Source of the DNA: Lama glama
Taxonomy: Eukaryota
Reading direction: 5' to 3'
Length of the DNA: 64,000 nucleotides
Assembly: GCA_028534125.1 (NCBI GenBank)
Contig: CM052816.1
Location: forward strand, 21,268,001-21,332,000
The position numbers and the translations under genes were made by a program. Of the stretch, positions 26,502 to 41,909 are shown one piece after another; the stretch's first letter is position 1, and every line of letters starts with the position of its first letter. The notes beneath the pieces were generated by a model that worked only from the letters and a program-made list of their open reading frames with translations, searched no databases and was not told the DNA's origin.

Positions 26502-26573
26502 AGTAAAATAAGACTAAAATATGCTAGTTGATATTAACTGCAATGGGAACCAAATCCCCAGTCCAATACTTAC

Positions 26574-26798
26574 TGGTCAAGGGTCTTATAGTAAATGTCC
26601 AGATCCTTGTTCACAAGCTCTGTTGTTCTCATAACAATCATCATTTCCCTATACTTTTCTTCAGCATCCCGAAATTGAGGTTCTTGAAGTTCTTTCTTAA
26701 AACGAATAATTGCTTCCTCATAACCATGCTGTCGTCCTATTGCCAAACCATGATTTCTTTTTATATTTTCTTTTTTTTCTTCCAATTTCTGATGTTCA
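26574..26798 (-). CDS. RAD50: RAD50 exon 21 (225 nt)
   Basis: [78 protein letters not shown] acceptor, GTAAGT donor. Confidence 0.97.
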
Positions 26799-28557
26799 CT
26801 AGGAGGGAAAATGACAAATGAGGACCATTTTTAGCTTTTAAAGCAAGCTCAAATGGAAAAGCCAGATCTCTTTAAATAAGTATCATTTTATCATTCTCCT
26901 TAACAATCAGTATATGATAACAGTCTCTCCCTGGTTTTTACTTAAGACTTCAATACTAAAGAAAATTTTCTTCATTCCAAATCTTGGAAGCATCCAGGTT
27001 TCTAAACACCTGATATTCGTGTGCTGAATAAAAAGAACTCTCACTACATGTGAATGCTAAAAAATTCCTGACGTTTAGACACTAACCTAAGTGAAGTACT
27101 CTTGGGGATTAATTCACAAACTTCTGTTTGTGGACTGAGACTGCACAATTATCAACTCTGAGAAGTCACTGAGTAACAAGTGTCATCATTTTATTCACGG
27201 TATGTCAAACAAAATAAACTTACATTTCAAACTATTAATTTATGCAGTAATATTTACTAAAAGTTTGTATTCCTCCATGAAAACAAAATTTCTCTTGCAC
27301 AAGTATAAAGAGGATTAATACTGACCAAAAAAGTCAAATACTTAAGCTTTTCTTGTAACTTGGTAGATAATTCAGATTTTAATGTGCTCTAAAAATCTTC
27401 ATTTAACAATTACTAATTAAGCACCCTCTTATTTGCCAGGCACTGCTCTCAAGTTTAGGGGCTTCCTTACAGAAGTGGCTTGATTATATGTTTTATTGAC
27501 ATTTCTGTTGCATCCTGGCTGAAGAAAAGTTTGAAAAAGAAGAGTTGTGCTTAGTAGTCTGAATGAAGGTAAAAAGTAGTGTTATGTACTAGTCACAGAA
27601 GGGATTGTAAAAATTTCTCGTTTTTGTGTTCAGGAGCAAAAAATACATTGTTTCATTTAAAAGTTTCTTCCATAAGTTTCACTTTTCAACCTGTCACCAA
27701 GAGCACCAACATTACAGCATTAAAGAAATGAGGGTTGGGAGCTAGGGTATCTGGGTAACATTCCTGGCTTTTATCATAATTTCCTGTGATTTTTTTTCTG
27801 GGTCTTAGTGTCCTAATGCATACAAAATGAAGAGGCTGAAAGATGAAGAGCTCTTCTAGTTATTAAGTCTGATTTCCTTGTTATATGACACAGATTTTAA
27901 ATAGCTACAACCAATAGAACTAAAACCAAGAGAATTTACAGTAACAAAGGAGTAACCATTTGTTAGGCTTCATAAACTAAGTTAAATTTCAATTGACTAT
28001 ATCCTTTAGAAAAGCTTAAGCATTCTTTGACCCAGATTTCTTTCTGAAGTCAAGAAAAAAAATGAAAAATCTACAAGGAATGGCTTAGTGAACGAGAGGC
28101 CTATATTCAACCAGCAGAGGTGTTTCCAAAAAATTTGTGTGTCTAGTACAAGCTCTTATACCATCTAATGCCATAGCATCAACCAGGTTCGTACAGAATT
28201 CCTAAGGCAAGTCTAAGACAGACAAAGCAAGAATAAAATCTTTTCTGCTGTAGCAAGAAGGGAGCAACTACAGTAAATACCAACAAAACCAGATGAAAAA
28301 AGAATCAGATTAATCGTTTAAAAAAAGTGATCTTGCTGGCACATGATTATAACTGTGACCATCTAGAATGGGCCTCCAATGACAAACTGCTCTGGCAGTA
28401 ACTCCACTGGCAATATGATAGAATGCCCAAGCTCTGACTCAAGCATGGTCCAGAGGCCATATATTCTTTCTGCTTGGTACCATTATCTTATGAAGCATGT
28501 TAGCAGAAGTCTGGGAACTTGGTATTTTTAATACTGGCCATCACTGCAGTGTGACGG

Positions 28558-28735
28558 TTTTTTTTTTTTTAATTGAAGTACAGCTGATTCACAATGTGTC
28601 AGTTTCTGGTGTACAGCACAGTGATTCAGTCATACATATATATTCATTTCATTATAGGTTATTATAAGACATTGAATATAATTTCTTATGCTATATAGTA
28701 GGATCGTTGTTTATCTATTTTATATATAGTAGTCT
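28558..28735 (-). mobile_element. Short L1 3' end
   Basis: Poly(T) then AATTGAAGTACAGCTGATTCACAATGTGTCAGTTTCTGGTGTACAGCA, antisense to the L1 tails seen elsewhere in the window. Confidence 0.8.
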
Positions 28736-28920
28736 GACTATAAATTCTGTATTACTTCTTTAGTAATTCAGTTTGTAAGGCCATGAAATATGTTTGTATA
28801 AAAACTGCCCACTTTCCTGTAAGTATGAAGGGACACACAGGCTGCAGGTTTAAACTCTCTTTAGAAAACATGTATTGAATATTTTTTACATTTCAATAAT
28901 AAAGAACTCTATTTAAACTA

Positions 28921-29070
<150 letters not shown>

Positions 29071-29699
29071 CTAAATATAAATATTAAATCTGTTAACAAA
29101 AACAATCAATTATCGACATGTGATTCATAGCAGGCAACTGCTGACAGGTAGTGCTAATTCTGCCTTACTTAGAATCATGTGAAACTCAGCAGAGAAAGAA
29201 TAAACCAGTGTGAAGGAATCCCCAGACCTGGACTAATCCAGATGGCCCATATACTCACAAAACAGAAATTTAAATGATGGGATTAAAATAATATAATTAC
29301 ATGTTTTAATGTTTTATACCTACCCCCACACCGCTGGATCATCTTGCATAGGAACTTCACAATGGAGCATACCAATCTAAATGATCACAAGAGAACAGTA
29401 CTACCATCAAAGTCTCCCCCACTTTTTCCCCTCTAGTTTTATTTGTCTCCTGTTAGATACTGTGAAGTATGTTGGGTAAGATCTTTACCTTCAAGGTGAC
29501 ACATAATCATACAAGGCAGTAAGAAGTTTCACAAAAACAGTAAGTCTCTGTACTTGGTGACACTTTTCTGGCCATAGACTTGACATGAAAATTTTTAAAC
29601 TTAGCTGTTCTTCTTGAGCAGTTCTGTCCTTAAAAAATGACCAAATCACTTTGTGGCAGCAGCAGCACCAATACAATTATTTCAGTAGTTATAATGGAC

Positions 29700-30928
29700 T
29701 ATGCCTAGCACCTAACATTCGTGGATCTGCATTGGTGGTTCTGGGAGCCCAAAAACTGGGGGACTCCAGAGTGGGTGGCTGACATTCCCACAGCTAAGGC
29801 AGGGACAAAGGCAGCATCAACAAAGAGTACTTTGTAAGCCTGCGTAACAAGAGACAGACACCACCACAGAGGGCACTTCCCAATGGACATCTCCTGTAGA
29901 GGCACACTCAGTGACTCTTCTTCCCAGCTGAAGCGCTCCAACCCTGCCTACCACACACTGCAGCTCAGAAACGGATCTAGAAGCCTATATTCCAGCAACA
30001 GGGGAGCAGACCTGGCCTGTGTCAAGGCTGTGACAACCACAGAACAATAAAGGAGGCTGTGCTCAACAGCAACAATCAGGACAGCCTGTGATCACCACAA
30101 CACCAACCACACCCCCAATCAAAGGGATAATATAATAGCCAACACAAAGAAGAAAGATGTGGCAACCATCCATACTAAGAACAGCCCTCGTAACTAAACT
30201 ATTAGGTACACAATCTACACAGGAACGCTCCCATTTTAAATAAAAACAAATAAAAAAACAGCCCTTCAAGACCACAGTAGATAACTGATACTCCTAAATC
30301 CATAGAGCCAGAGAAATATAAGTAAAATGAAGAAGCAGAGGAACCACTCCCAATTAAAAGAACAAGAGAAGTCCCTGAAAGAATGAACAATGAGATAGAC
30401 CTCGACAGTCTACTACATCATGACTTCAAAAAGGTGGTGATAAAAGCACTGAAGGAAGTAAGAGGGACTATGAATAGAGATGCAGAATACTATAAAAAGG
30501 AAACAGAAACTATAAAGAGGAGCCAACTAAAAACAGAAAACTCTAATAACCGAAAATTTCCCCAACCTGGGAAAGGAAACAGTCACCAAAGTCCAGGAAG
30601 TGCAGAGAGTTCCACATAGGATCAGCCCAAAGAGGAACATACCAAGGCACATAGTAATCAAATTGATAAAAATTAAGGATAAGGAGAAAATATTAAAATT
30701 AACAAGAGAAAAGCAACAAATAATATATAAGGGAACTCCCATAAGATTATCAGCTGAAGAAGAAAGAGAAAAAAAAAGATCTACAAAAACAAACCCAAAA
30801 CAATAAAAATATCAATAAGAAGATATGTACTGATATATATAATGGAATACTACTGCACCATAAAAAAGAACAAAATAATGCCATTTGCAGCAACATGGAT
30901 GGACCTGTAGATCATCATTCTAAGTGAA
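29700..30928 (+). mobile_element. Internally deleted L1 (5' UTR part, ORF1 pieces, ORF2 end)
   Basis: ORF1 ATG at 30327; ORF1p remnant QRVPHRISPKRNIPRHIVIKLIKIKDKEKILK...KGTPIRLSA; ORF2-end motif ATGCCATTTGCAGCAACATGGATGGACC. Confidence 0.8.
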
Positions 30929-32252
30929 CTGACTCTAGGATGCTTGAGAGAGCCCCTGAGGCATCTCAAGAGAAAAATACTAAACTAACTAGGATTGTTT
31001 GGTATGTTGAATTACATGGGAAGCATTGTCAAATGAGTAATAAGCCTCCTCAGATGATACGGTATGAGTAAGTGTTGTTAATATAGATATTCTAGAAATT
31101 ATATAAAGCTTCTGAAATTTAGATACATACTAGTCTAATGCTGTCAGTCCTAGTCTAATGCTGTCAGTCATAATCCTTGTTATCTTAAAATGTATGTCAC
31201 AGCAATTTGATTAAGCTTCTCTGTCAAAACCATTGTAATCTGATCTTTAAAAAAAATGCAAGCACATCAGATTTCATGGCTTACATTTTATATACTTACT
31301 ACTCTCCTGGTTTCATTACCTTCTTATCCTCACTCCCACATTATCTCATTTTCCCATTAATTTAAAATGTTATTTGGCATTGCTCTATGTAGATAAGTTA
31401 GTAAACAATTTCTGGAAATATACAGGTTACAAAAGTAAACTAATACAGTCAGAGCCACTAAATTTAGGCCACCAACTTGAAAATGGTCACAGATTGGTAA
31501 ATCTTAATGATTTCTCTATGTATATGGCCATTAATGATTTATAGATTGTGATTTTAAATAGGCAACCCACATATGAGCTAGTGCTAAGTATTTTGTTATA
31601 TATGCATTATAAATTTCTATAGCATTTATAAGATGGCAGAGATTCAATTTGCCTTTGACTGGTATTCATATATTTGAAATTTCTGGCACTACGGCCAGCA
31701 ACTCTGCAGAAAACTGATATAACTAATCTTCAAAGAGATTTTTAACCACTACTTATAACCAAATGATTAAAGCATTCGAATAGCAAATTTTGTTTAAAAC
31801 AGCAGAAACAGAGAAACGGGGTTTTAAAACTTAACTTATGCCTCTATAGGTCATGTTGAAAATATTTTCTCAATGTGATTTTGAGTATACTGTGGAAATT
31901 AGGTTCTTTAATAGAGAAAGTAAACAAAAAAGGAATTAACTGAAAAATGACTTAATATATAGATATTTTACTTACAGACAACCTTTAAGAATGATATCTA
32001 GAAGTGAGATTGAGAATTGGCAGAAGTGGAGGGAAACTTAATTTTATGCTTTTATGTTTAAACTTTTACTAAGTGAGTCTTTTACTGAAAATAAAAAAGA
32101 AAGAAGGGAAGAAGAAAAGACAATGTTATTAGAATTGCTTTTCTCTCCTGCTTGCATTTTTACTCAATGCAAATAGTGAAAATAAAAGTACAAAACAAAA
32201 CAAAGAATGTTACTGGTATAAGTGCCACCACAGTAACAAAAAAAAGACCTAC

Positions 32253-32366
32253 CTTCTGTGTATCAATGTCTTGTCTCATGATTCCCATTTCATTATTAAT
32301 CTTCTCTTTGTGTTTCTCACATTCACTTAGTTGAGCTATTACTTTATCAAGTTCATTTTCTTTTTG
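32253..32366 (-). CDS. RAD50: RAD50 exon 19 (114 nt)
   Basis: [41 protein letters not shown] acceptor, GTAGGT donor. Confidence 0.97.
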
Positions 32367-32453
32367 CTACAAAAAGAAACTTCCTTAAGCACAAGACATA
32401 AAAATATAAACAAATAAATAATTTTAAATTATATTAAATTAGTTTTAAATTAC

Positions 32454-32546
32454 CTTCTTATAGTCATCTTTTCCATCTTGAATATAATTCTCAATGTCTT
32501 TCACATAACGATGAATATTTTTAACCTTCTCTTTGATATCATTTAT
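32454..32546 (-). CDS. RAD50: RAD50 exon 18 (93 nt)
   Basis: [34 protein letters not shown] acceptor, GTAATT donor; followed by an 87-nt intron. Confidence 0.96.
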
Positions 32547-32968
32547 CTGTAAAAAAATTATTAAATATACACTGGTTAGAACTAAGGCATTTAAGAAGAT
32601 TTATTTCCAAGGAATGTCTTATATAAAGGTAATAAAAACTTAATAGGAGAGTACAGTGAAACACTGCTTGGAAGTCAGAAGCCTTGGGTTCCAATTTCTA
32701 TCACCAGTAAATTTTCTTTCAAATAAATTTTATGATTTCCCTATGGGATTAGATTAAATAGTCGAATTCTCAATTTCTATTTTAGATCAAGAAGCAAAAT
32801 AATTTAAATTTAATCTTTATTCTAAGAAAACATTTTAATGTCAAGATTATATGTCACAAATCTGAAAATACTATTTAATCATGTTTTTAATTTCATGTAA
32901 AATACTGGTATCTAACATGGTACTCTGAATATAATCATTTTAATACGTATTTTTATTAAGTAAATTTA

Positions 32969-33094
<126 letters not shown>

Positions 33095-33189
33095 CTAAAG
33101 ATATAAAAAATATAAATTCTTATAAAACATTCCATTACTTTATTTTAGGTGTCAGACTTTACAGTCATAATAAAATCACTTTCTATTTG

Positions 33190-33380
33190 CCAGGCTTTAA
33201 AAATCAACTCGTCTTCTCCTTCCCACAACCCTATGGGAAAGGTACCATTATTTGCATGCTGTATTTCAGATGAGTAAACAAGCACAGAAATGACTTGTCC
33301 AGGGTCCCAAAAGCCAGTAAATTTAAAGAGCCAGGATTCAAATCCAGTCCAGGTCCAGTGTCTCTCTTAATCACTATCTA
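33190..33380 (-). mobile_element. MIR SINE
   Basis: CCCACAACCCTATGGGAAAGGTACCATTATT...CAGATGAGTAAAC...GAGCCAGGATTCAAATCCAG. Confidence 0.75.
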
Positions 33381-34719
33381 TATTGTGTTAGTCACTGATT
33401 TGATTCTTAACCTAAGTAAGCCATGTGCTCCCAATTACATGAGCACGTGGCTTTAGGTATAAATTTTTGAGTTTGTAGGGTCCATATCAGCCCTGTGTGA
33501 CTAAAGAATAGAAAAGCTCTTTCAGTAAAGGTCGTTTTTTAACAGATGGAAATATGACTGTAAAGGAACTTTTGACCTTAAGCTTAGTTTGCTGAGGCTA
33601 AGCAGATGTTTTATGGTAATAAAAGCTTACCGGTACACGCATGTTGGTGTGTCCACATCTATTTTGAAAGCAAAGGGTCTTGCAAATAACAAACTATTTT
33701 ACTAATCAGAAGTCCATGTTATTTGGCCCTGTAACATCTCTACAGCATAATTACATGATAACCACTATTCAAAAACAACGATCCTCAAGCACTTTTAAGA
33801 TCCTGAACTATCTAATGAATCCATAAAGGTAGAAATGATTATTTAGTATTACTTCAAGGTGGGTATATTTTATCATATTGGGAAGTGGTTTTGTGTGGTG
33901 GAAAGTCAGATGTCTCAGATGTCAGGAGACCTACTTGAAAATTAACCCTGACTTCTACTAAATGCATGGACTTGGCAAGTCACAAGATACCTGCAAATCT
34001 CAGTTTCTTTTTCCATAAAAAGGGGATTTAGTCACATTTATCAACAGGGTTACTGAGACACTGAATGGTTTAATGTCAAAGTATTTATAAGCAGTAAAAA
34101 ATACAAATGTAAGATAGTATTATTGAGCCACTCATATTTTGTAATCCAAAAATACTTAAGAAAAAAATATTTTAGCAATGAATAATAGATTCAATAATAT
34201 ATTTAGTGCTTACTGAATGAGCATAATTATCCAAACCTAGATAAGACTGTTGTTTCTAAAAATGTTAAAAATTTAATTGGCTGAAAAAAAATTTAATTGG
34301 CTGGGTCTTTAACCTAGATGAGAGATGCTAAATGGGTTCCATTCCATGTGTCAACTTAGGGCCTGCTCACTGTAGTGGGAAGTATTCTGAGACTACATTT
34401 GGAATCAAACAGAGAAAGTGCTATGACTGAGAAGCAGTATCTGCCATGGATACAGGATTTGTAGATAAGACAAACCTCCCACAAGCAGGAATCCTTCAGC
34501 CACCACCTCCAAGAACAGGGAGTTCACTACTTAACCAGGCAGCCAGTTCTTCCTTATTATGACCAAAATCCTTGTCTTGGAAATCTTTACCTATCAGTAC
34601 AAGTTCTGTCACCCCGCAGGTGCCACACAAAGAATTATTATACCATTTTCATTTGATGCTCACAATAAGTATGGTTCTGGCCACTGCCCCAATAAACAGC
34701 ATTTCATTTATTTGAACTA

Positions 34720-34995
<276 letters not shown>

Positions 34996-35357
34996 CTATG
35001 AGCACCATCCTTCTAGTTTTATAGATCTGTACAATTCACAAAGGTTAAGTTTCTGTGGGTCCCACCTACTGCAACAAAAGTGCCACAAGAATCCCTCCAG
35101 CTCCCAAACCTGCTTGCCTTGAGCCTTACCACAGGTGAGGCTCACAGGCCTGGCATGACTGAGACAGAGTACAGCTCATCTGTTACTCATCATTCAAAAT
35201 CTGTTGTGCAGAAAGACAGAAACTGAGGAGAACTAATGCTTTTGAGAACAGAGAGTAAATATACTATGGACTGGAAGGAAGACAGACAGTTCCTCGTCCA
35301 CATAATAATGATTAAATTTATGGAAAAAAAGCATATGGGGGAATGTTGAAGTCTTTA

Positions 35358-35525
<168 letters not shown>

Positions 35526-35907
35526 TCAAGGTTATTTCCTTTAAGAAACTTACAGCATTATCATTATTTATAATCTTTAAAAAGTAACTGCTTTTAATTA
35601 TTTTTTAAAATCAAAATTTGTAACTGCTTTCAGATACAATTTTAAGAAATTTTAATAGAAAAAAATGAAACTGATTTTTATAATGAAATTAATTTAAATG
35701 ATATAAACAAAAGGAAGCAGACTGAAAAAGAAAAATAAACAAGACTACTGCTTAATTCTCACAATTTATCAATAAAAAAATCTAAACGCAGGAATGTAAG
35801 TTAAGCAGTTACTCCCTGAGACTACCTGAAATTCAGGATAGGGAGCTCTAAATACAATCTGTACTGGAATACAAACAACTATTTTTAACATTCATACTTC
35901 ATATTCA

Positions 35908-36150
<243 letters not shown>

Positions 36151-36181
36151 TCACAAAAAAACACACAGTTAAAAATAAGCA

Positions 36182-36890
36182 ATCTAATGTTTTCTCATAA
36201 GTTTGAGGTTATGTATTTTCGGCAAGAAGATCACAGAAGTGATGTTGTATCCTGCTGAGGACATTATATCAGTGGCTACATGATGTCAGTATGTCTTATT
36301 ACTGTTAATCTTATTCACTTAGTTAAGATGGTGTCAGTGAGATTTATCCATTAGGGAGTTACTATTTTTCTCTATGTAATCAATACATATCTTAGGAGAA
36401 ATACAGTAAAGACTATGTAAATATTTTGTTTCTCCACAAACTTCTGTCCACTGATTGTAGTATCTATTGGTAGATCTTAATTGTAACAATTTTTTACCAT
36501 GCTGTTTGCCAAACTGAAATGTACTGTACAAATTAACTGACCATACTCATCCTAAATATCAAGATCATGAAAGACAGAGAAAGGCTGAAGAACTGTTACA
36601 GACTGCAGGGGCCTAAGGAGAAATAACAAGATGATGCAATGTGGGGATCCTGGGTTAGATCCTGAAATAGAAAAAGGATATTAATGTAAAGACTGCTAAG
36701 ATTCAAATACGATTCATAGTTTAGTTAACAGAATTATAACAATGTCAATTTCTTGATTTTTTCTGATAACAATATTATGGTTACACAAACTGTGAACATC
36801 AGGAGAAGCTGGGTGAAAGGTATATATGAATTCTTTGTACTATTGTGGTAATTTTTCTGTAAGTCTAAATTATTTTAAAATAAAAAGTTT
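36182..36890 (+). mobile_element. L1MC-type 3' region with inverted 5' half
   Basis: About 36182-36525 reads as L1MC on the minus strand; about 36527-36890 reads as the L1MC 3' end on the plus strand. Confidence 0.65.
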
Positions 36891-38331
36891 AAATCATGAC
36901 AAAAGGACAGGAGAAAGGAAAGAAAGAAGGAAGGAAGGAAACCACTCAAATGCTTCAGGGGTTTATGCTACAAAAGCTGTTACCCACTTTACTGCTGCTA
37001 CTCTAACCGATGAATTACCAGCACCTATGGCAGGTTCTGGCCCACACCTATTTTTGTTGACACCTCTGAAACAATAAAACTTGTTCATCTAAAAAAAAAA
37101 GCTATTAAGCTTATTTTGGAAAAGTTTCACATTCTTAATTAAAATTAAATTAGTATAATAAATTAAATTGGTTTCTAATAAGAGTCTTACAATAAACTAG
37201 AAACTCAAGGGTTAGCACTTGCATACTATTAATGGTTTTTAAAAAACCTACCATACTATGACCAAGAAATACCAACCTGAACTGATCTGTGGTGACAGAA
37301 GACCTTTAATTTTTTATACCAGAGAAATGAAAAAGTTCCCTGAATACATATAAAAGTATGCAGATTATGAGTAATCCATGCTTGCATTATTTCCTGATTA
37401 TTATAGACCAGAAGTTGATCTTAAGTTATATGCCCAGCACCTAAAAAGTGACAAAGCTATGAAAGCCTAATGACAGTCAAGCATTCACTTGACTGGGACT
37501 TCTTTGTAAAGAACTACAGGCATCTATTCAATTTTAACATTTTTACATGTACACACAAAAACCCTTATTGATGTGATCCAAGTTTTGATGCCTTCTTTTT
37601 TGATGATTACCTAAGATGCTAAAACAATTATTCTAAGAAAAAAAGTAAATCTATATCCTGAGCGAATGGGCTACTACTACCTAGTAGGGTTTTCTGCTTT
37701 GCTTTCTTAAAATATTCAGAAACTCAGTTTTGGGACAGCATTCATTTGCCAAGGGGATTTTACATAAAAGGGACAAACACAGATACAGTACTGAATAAAA
37801 AAACCTTTGGGAGAAATGGGGAAATATATTGATTGAGTTTTATTTTAATGAGGTGTTACAAAAAAATGAACCCGAGTCAGTATTAAGCAAAATGATAAAT
37901 AGCTACATTTCTATCTGAGATTTCATTCACAACAAATGGTCTTATATTAAGTGTTGGTGAGTTGGGGGTTTTAAATGAAAATACATTTTCCTCAAAGTGG
38001 ATAAGCAGGATCTGGCTCCTTTCTACTTCTCTGACCTAATTTTCAACCACTTTCCCCTTTGGCCTGGGGGTCAAACATGCCTCAGTGATTTTACACTGCC
38101 TGGAATGCTCTTCTCCTGGACAGCTGCCCAGCTGCCTCCCTCACTTCTCTCAAGTCTCCACTCAAATGCCAGCTCCATCAGTAACGCCCCTTCCACCACC
38201 CCTCATGTGCCCCTCCATGGTATTGATCATCACCTGACAGACTATACATTTGCTCTTCCAGCTTCAGCTTATCTTACTTTATGTGTGGTGACCAAAATGA
38301 TACACAAGTGCCACTCCAGATACTGGGATAC

Positions 38332-38810
38332 TATGTGGAATAAAGCTGGCCACAAGTACTCTGACACTCTTCCCATAGAGAGGTGGAGCTGTGTCCTCTC
38401 ATTGAATCTTGGCAGGCTCTGTGACTACTCGGAACAGCAGAAAGCAGCAAAAGTAACACTGCCAATAACTGGGCCCAGGCCTTAAGACACTTGCTCTTAG
38501 GATACTTCCTTTGGTAATCCAGCCACTATGCTGCCAAAAGCCCAAGACACATATGGAGGCCATGTGAAGGTGTTCTGTTTGATAGCCCCAGCTAAGCTCC
38601 TAGCCAACAGTCAGCACCACCACCAGCCATGTGTGTAAACCATCTTGAACATTCCATCCAGTAGAGCCTTGAAATGACTGAAGCCAACATCTGACTACAA
38701 CTGCATGAAAGACCCCAATTGAGAACGACTTAGCTAAGCTAAATCATCCCAAAGAACCATGAAAAATCATAGTAAATCATTGTTTTGAGGTACTAAGAGC
38801 TATAACTAGA
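38332..38810 (+). mobile_element. MaLR LTR (MLT1-like)
   Basis: GGCCACAAGTACTCTGACACTCTTCCCATAGAGAGGTGGAG...CAGCCCCAGCT-like...TTGTTTTGAGGTACTAAG. Confidence 0.75.
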
Positions 38811-39779
38811 CCTGAATATAATGTAGCTCTATCTTCCCAACTTGTGGGAATCAATCCCTATAAATAAGTTCTCAAACTCCACACATTAAAAAAATATATT
38901 TTTTAAAATGCATCCTTTTTTTATTCAAGTATAGTCAGTTTACAATGTTGCAAACATTTCTATTGCAGCACAGGTCATACCCTCCTACCCATCACACACA
39001 CTGGTCTAATTTCCCTGTCCTCTTTCCTTATCGTAACTGAGTTGAACCAACTTTCCTATGCTTTACATTCCCTCTCTACCTTGTTCTCAAAATCCTACGG
39101 TCATTCTGTGGTCCACTGGCTTCTCTCTTTTTAACTAATGCATTTGTTTGAAATAATTAAGTACTTTATTAAACCCAGCTTTCTAAATGTCTGATTCTGA
39201 GAGCTTGTCTCCTTACACAGACCATCAGCAACTTGACGGTCATAACTTATTGGTCTCTGTGACCAGCTCTGTGCTCCATGTTCTGGGAGACACCAAGGCA
39301 AGCATCACATACTTCCTGACTTGATTTTATTTATATGTAGACCATCATCTGAATTTCTTATGCAAGCAAGGGAAAATAACAATAGAAACCATCTATGATT
39401 CATTCTTTTTGAAAGTGGGAAAGATATAAAAGCATAGTTTAAAATTTGTCTTTGGGGGAGCTTTCCAGTACTTTCTTTTGCTGGGTTCAGAAAGTGACAC
39501 AAAAGCAAACTGTTATAAATCTGTCAAAATTTCTGCCCTTAAGTCAAGTCTCAGGAAAAATATACACACACAGATTATATCTGCCTTGTGATTAGTTTAA
39601 AAAGCAAGCTTACCTTAAAACAAAGTAATTATTTTTTGTTATCACACAAACATGAGATAGGTATACTGGCTTAGAATCCTGACTTTAACTTTTATTCATC
39701 CATCTCATGCTTACTGATATCTACCACATGCTAGGCATTGGACAGCTACATGCATAGTAACAGTAAATCCACATTCTCA

Positions 39780-40022
<243 letters not shown>

Positions 40023-40467
40023 TTAAGAAAATATATTCCCGGTGAAAAGAATATAAAATATAGTTTTATCAATATGGTTACAGCCTTTTCTGTAAATATA
40101 TGATTATTATTCCTGCATTATAAACACATAATGGAAGAAATAAAAATTCTGATATTTATATCTTCTCCCAAAGGGCACAATACATTCAGATTTGTATAAA
40201 TTATTTTCTGGTAACACACAAAAAAGTATAATAAAATTTTAGAGCTTATTATGTGCCAGAAACTATTCTACGAGCTCTACAACTATAATCTGATTTACTC
40301 CTCCCTAACACCCTACATGTGGTAGGCAATTCTGTCCTCAAGTAATGACCTGAAGTATACAAAGGCTTCAACAATTTGCCCAAAGACATAGCAAGTATGC
40401 TGTAGAACCAGGACTAAAACTTAAGCCCCCTGGCTCCAGAACCAAGTTTTAAAATCTCCCATCCTTA

Positions 40468-40809
<342 letters not shown>

Positions 40810-41869
40810 TTATAAAGGTTTGCTCTGACCAAGTACTTTTTATCAAGAAGTCATGGCAATAGCTCACTACTGCCTGAACCCTAGGACACTGACTCACCTG
40901 CCAACCCTGGTCATAGGCCTGCTCCCAGAAAAAAGTGTATAGACAAAACTCTGCCTGCTTTATGGGGGTTCATTGTCTTAATCTTGGATTAAGGGCCTCA
41001 GCAAGGAGAATATGCTTGCTGGATCTACTGGAGGGAGAGAAAAGGGAAACATCCTCCTAATTCCATTTGGATCCTTTCACAATTGTTCTTCCGCTGCCTC
41101 CTGTAAAAACTTCCCCTCCTGGTTGCAGTCATCTACTTACAACCTGATCATTCATTCCCTCTCATTCATCAAAGACTTTGCTCGCAAGTACAATTTATCT
41201 CCACTTTAACTCTTAAATATCATCCTAGCCAGCCACACAGATCAAGGTTTTTCAATTTACAGGCTATGATGCACTAAGCAAGTAATGTAATCAATTTAAT
41301 ACACTGTATTCAGCATTTTTTAAAAAATTAAAAAATATGTAGAATATATTGGAGTAGACTGCACGGTTAGGATAGGTACTATTTTAAGAAATTAGTTTCA
41401 GATAACTCTAAGTACACACATGCCTCATCCTGATAATTCCCATTGTGACTCACAGTGAAATTTGGAAGAAAAATAGCATGCAGATGAAGGCCATCCTAGC
41501 CACTGAGCACTGCTCATCAAGATTACTATCTTAGCAGCACCAAACACTGTTGACCCCCTCCTTGGAAGACTATTTTCTCAAAGCATCCCAGACACCACTC
41601 CTGTCTGGCTCTTCACTTTCTCCTCTTCCTTTTCCTGCCAACAGTTTAAATGTTAGTGTTTTCCAGCAGTCTGACTATAATTCTTTCTTTTCTCTTTGTA
41701 TAACTCCTTCAAGTGACTCTACTTGACTCGAATTATCACTTACAAAGAAACAACTTCCAATCTTCTGAACTTCAAACTCCAAAATTCTATTCCCTAACAG
41801 ACATTTTCACAAGAAACACAATATAACATGTCCAAATCCATTATATTCCTCAAAGATCTGTGTGGAATT

Positions 41870-41873
<4 letters not shown>

Positions 41874-41906
<33 letters not shown>
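41874..41906. repeat. (TG)16 microsatellite within an L2 remnant
   Basis: Directly visible. Confidence 0.95.

Positions 41907-41909
<3 letters not shown>

Noticed and set aside
37997..38485. 162-aa plus-strand ORF
   Set aside because: Spans an L2-like remnant and an MLT1 LTR; GTG start; no domain signal
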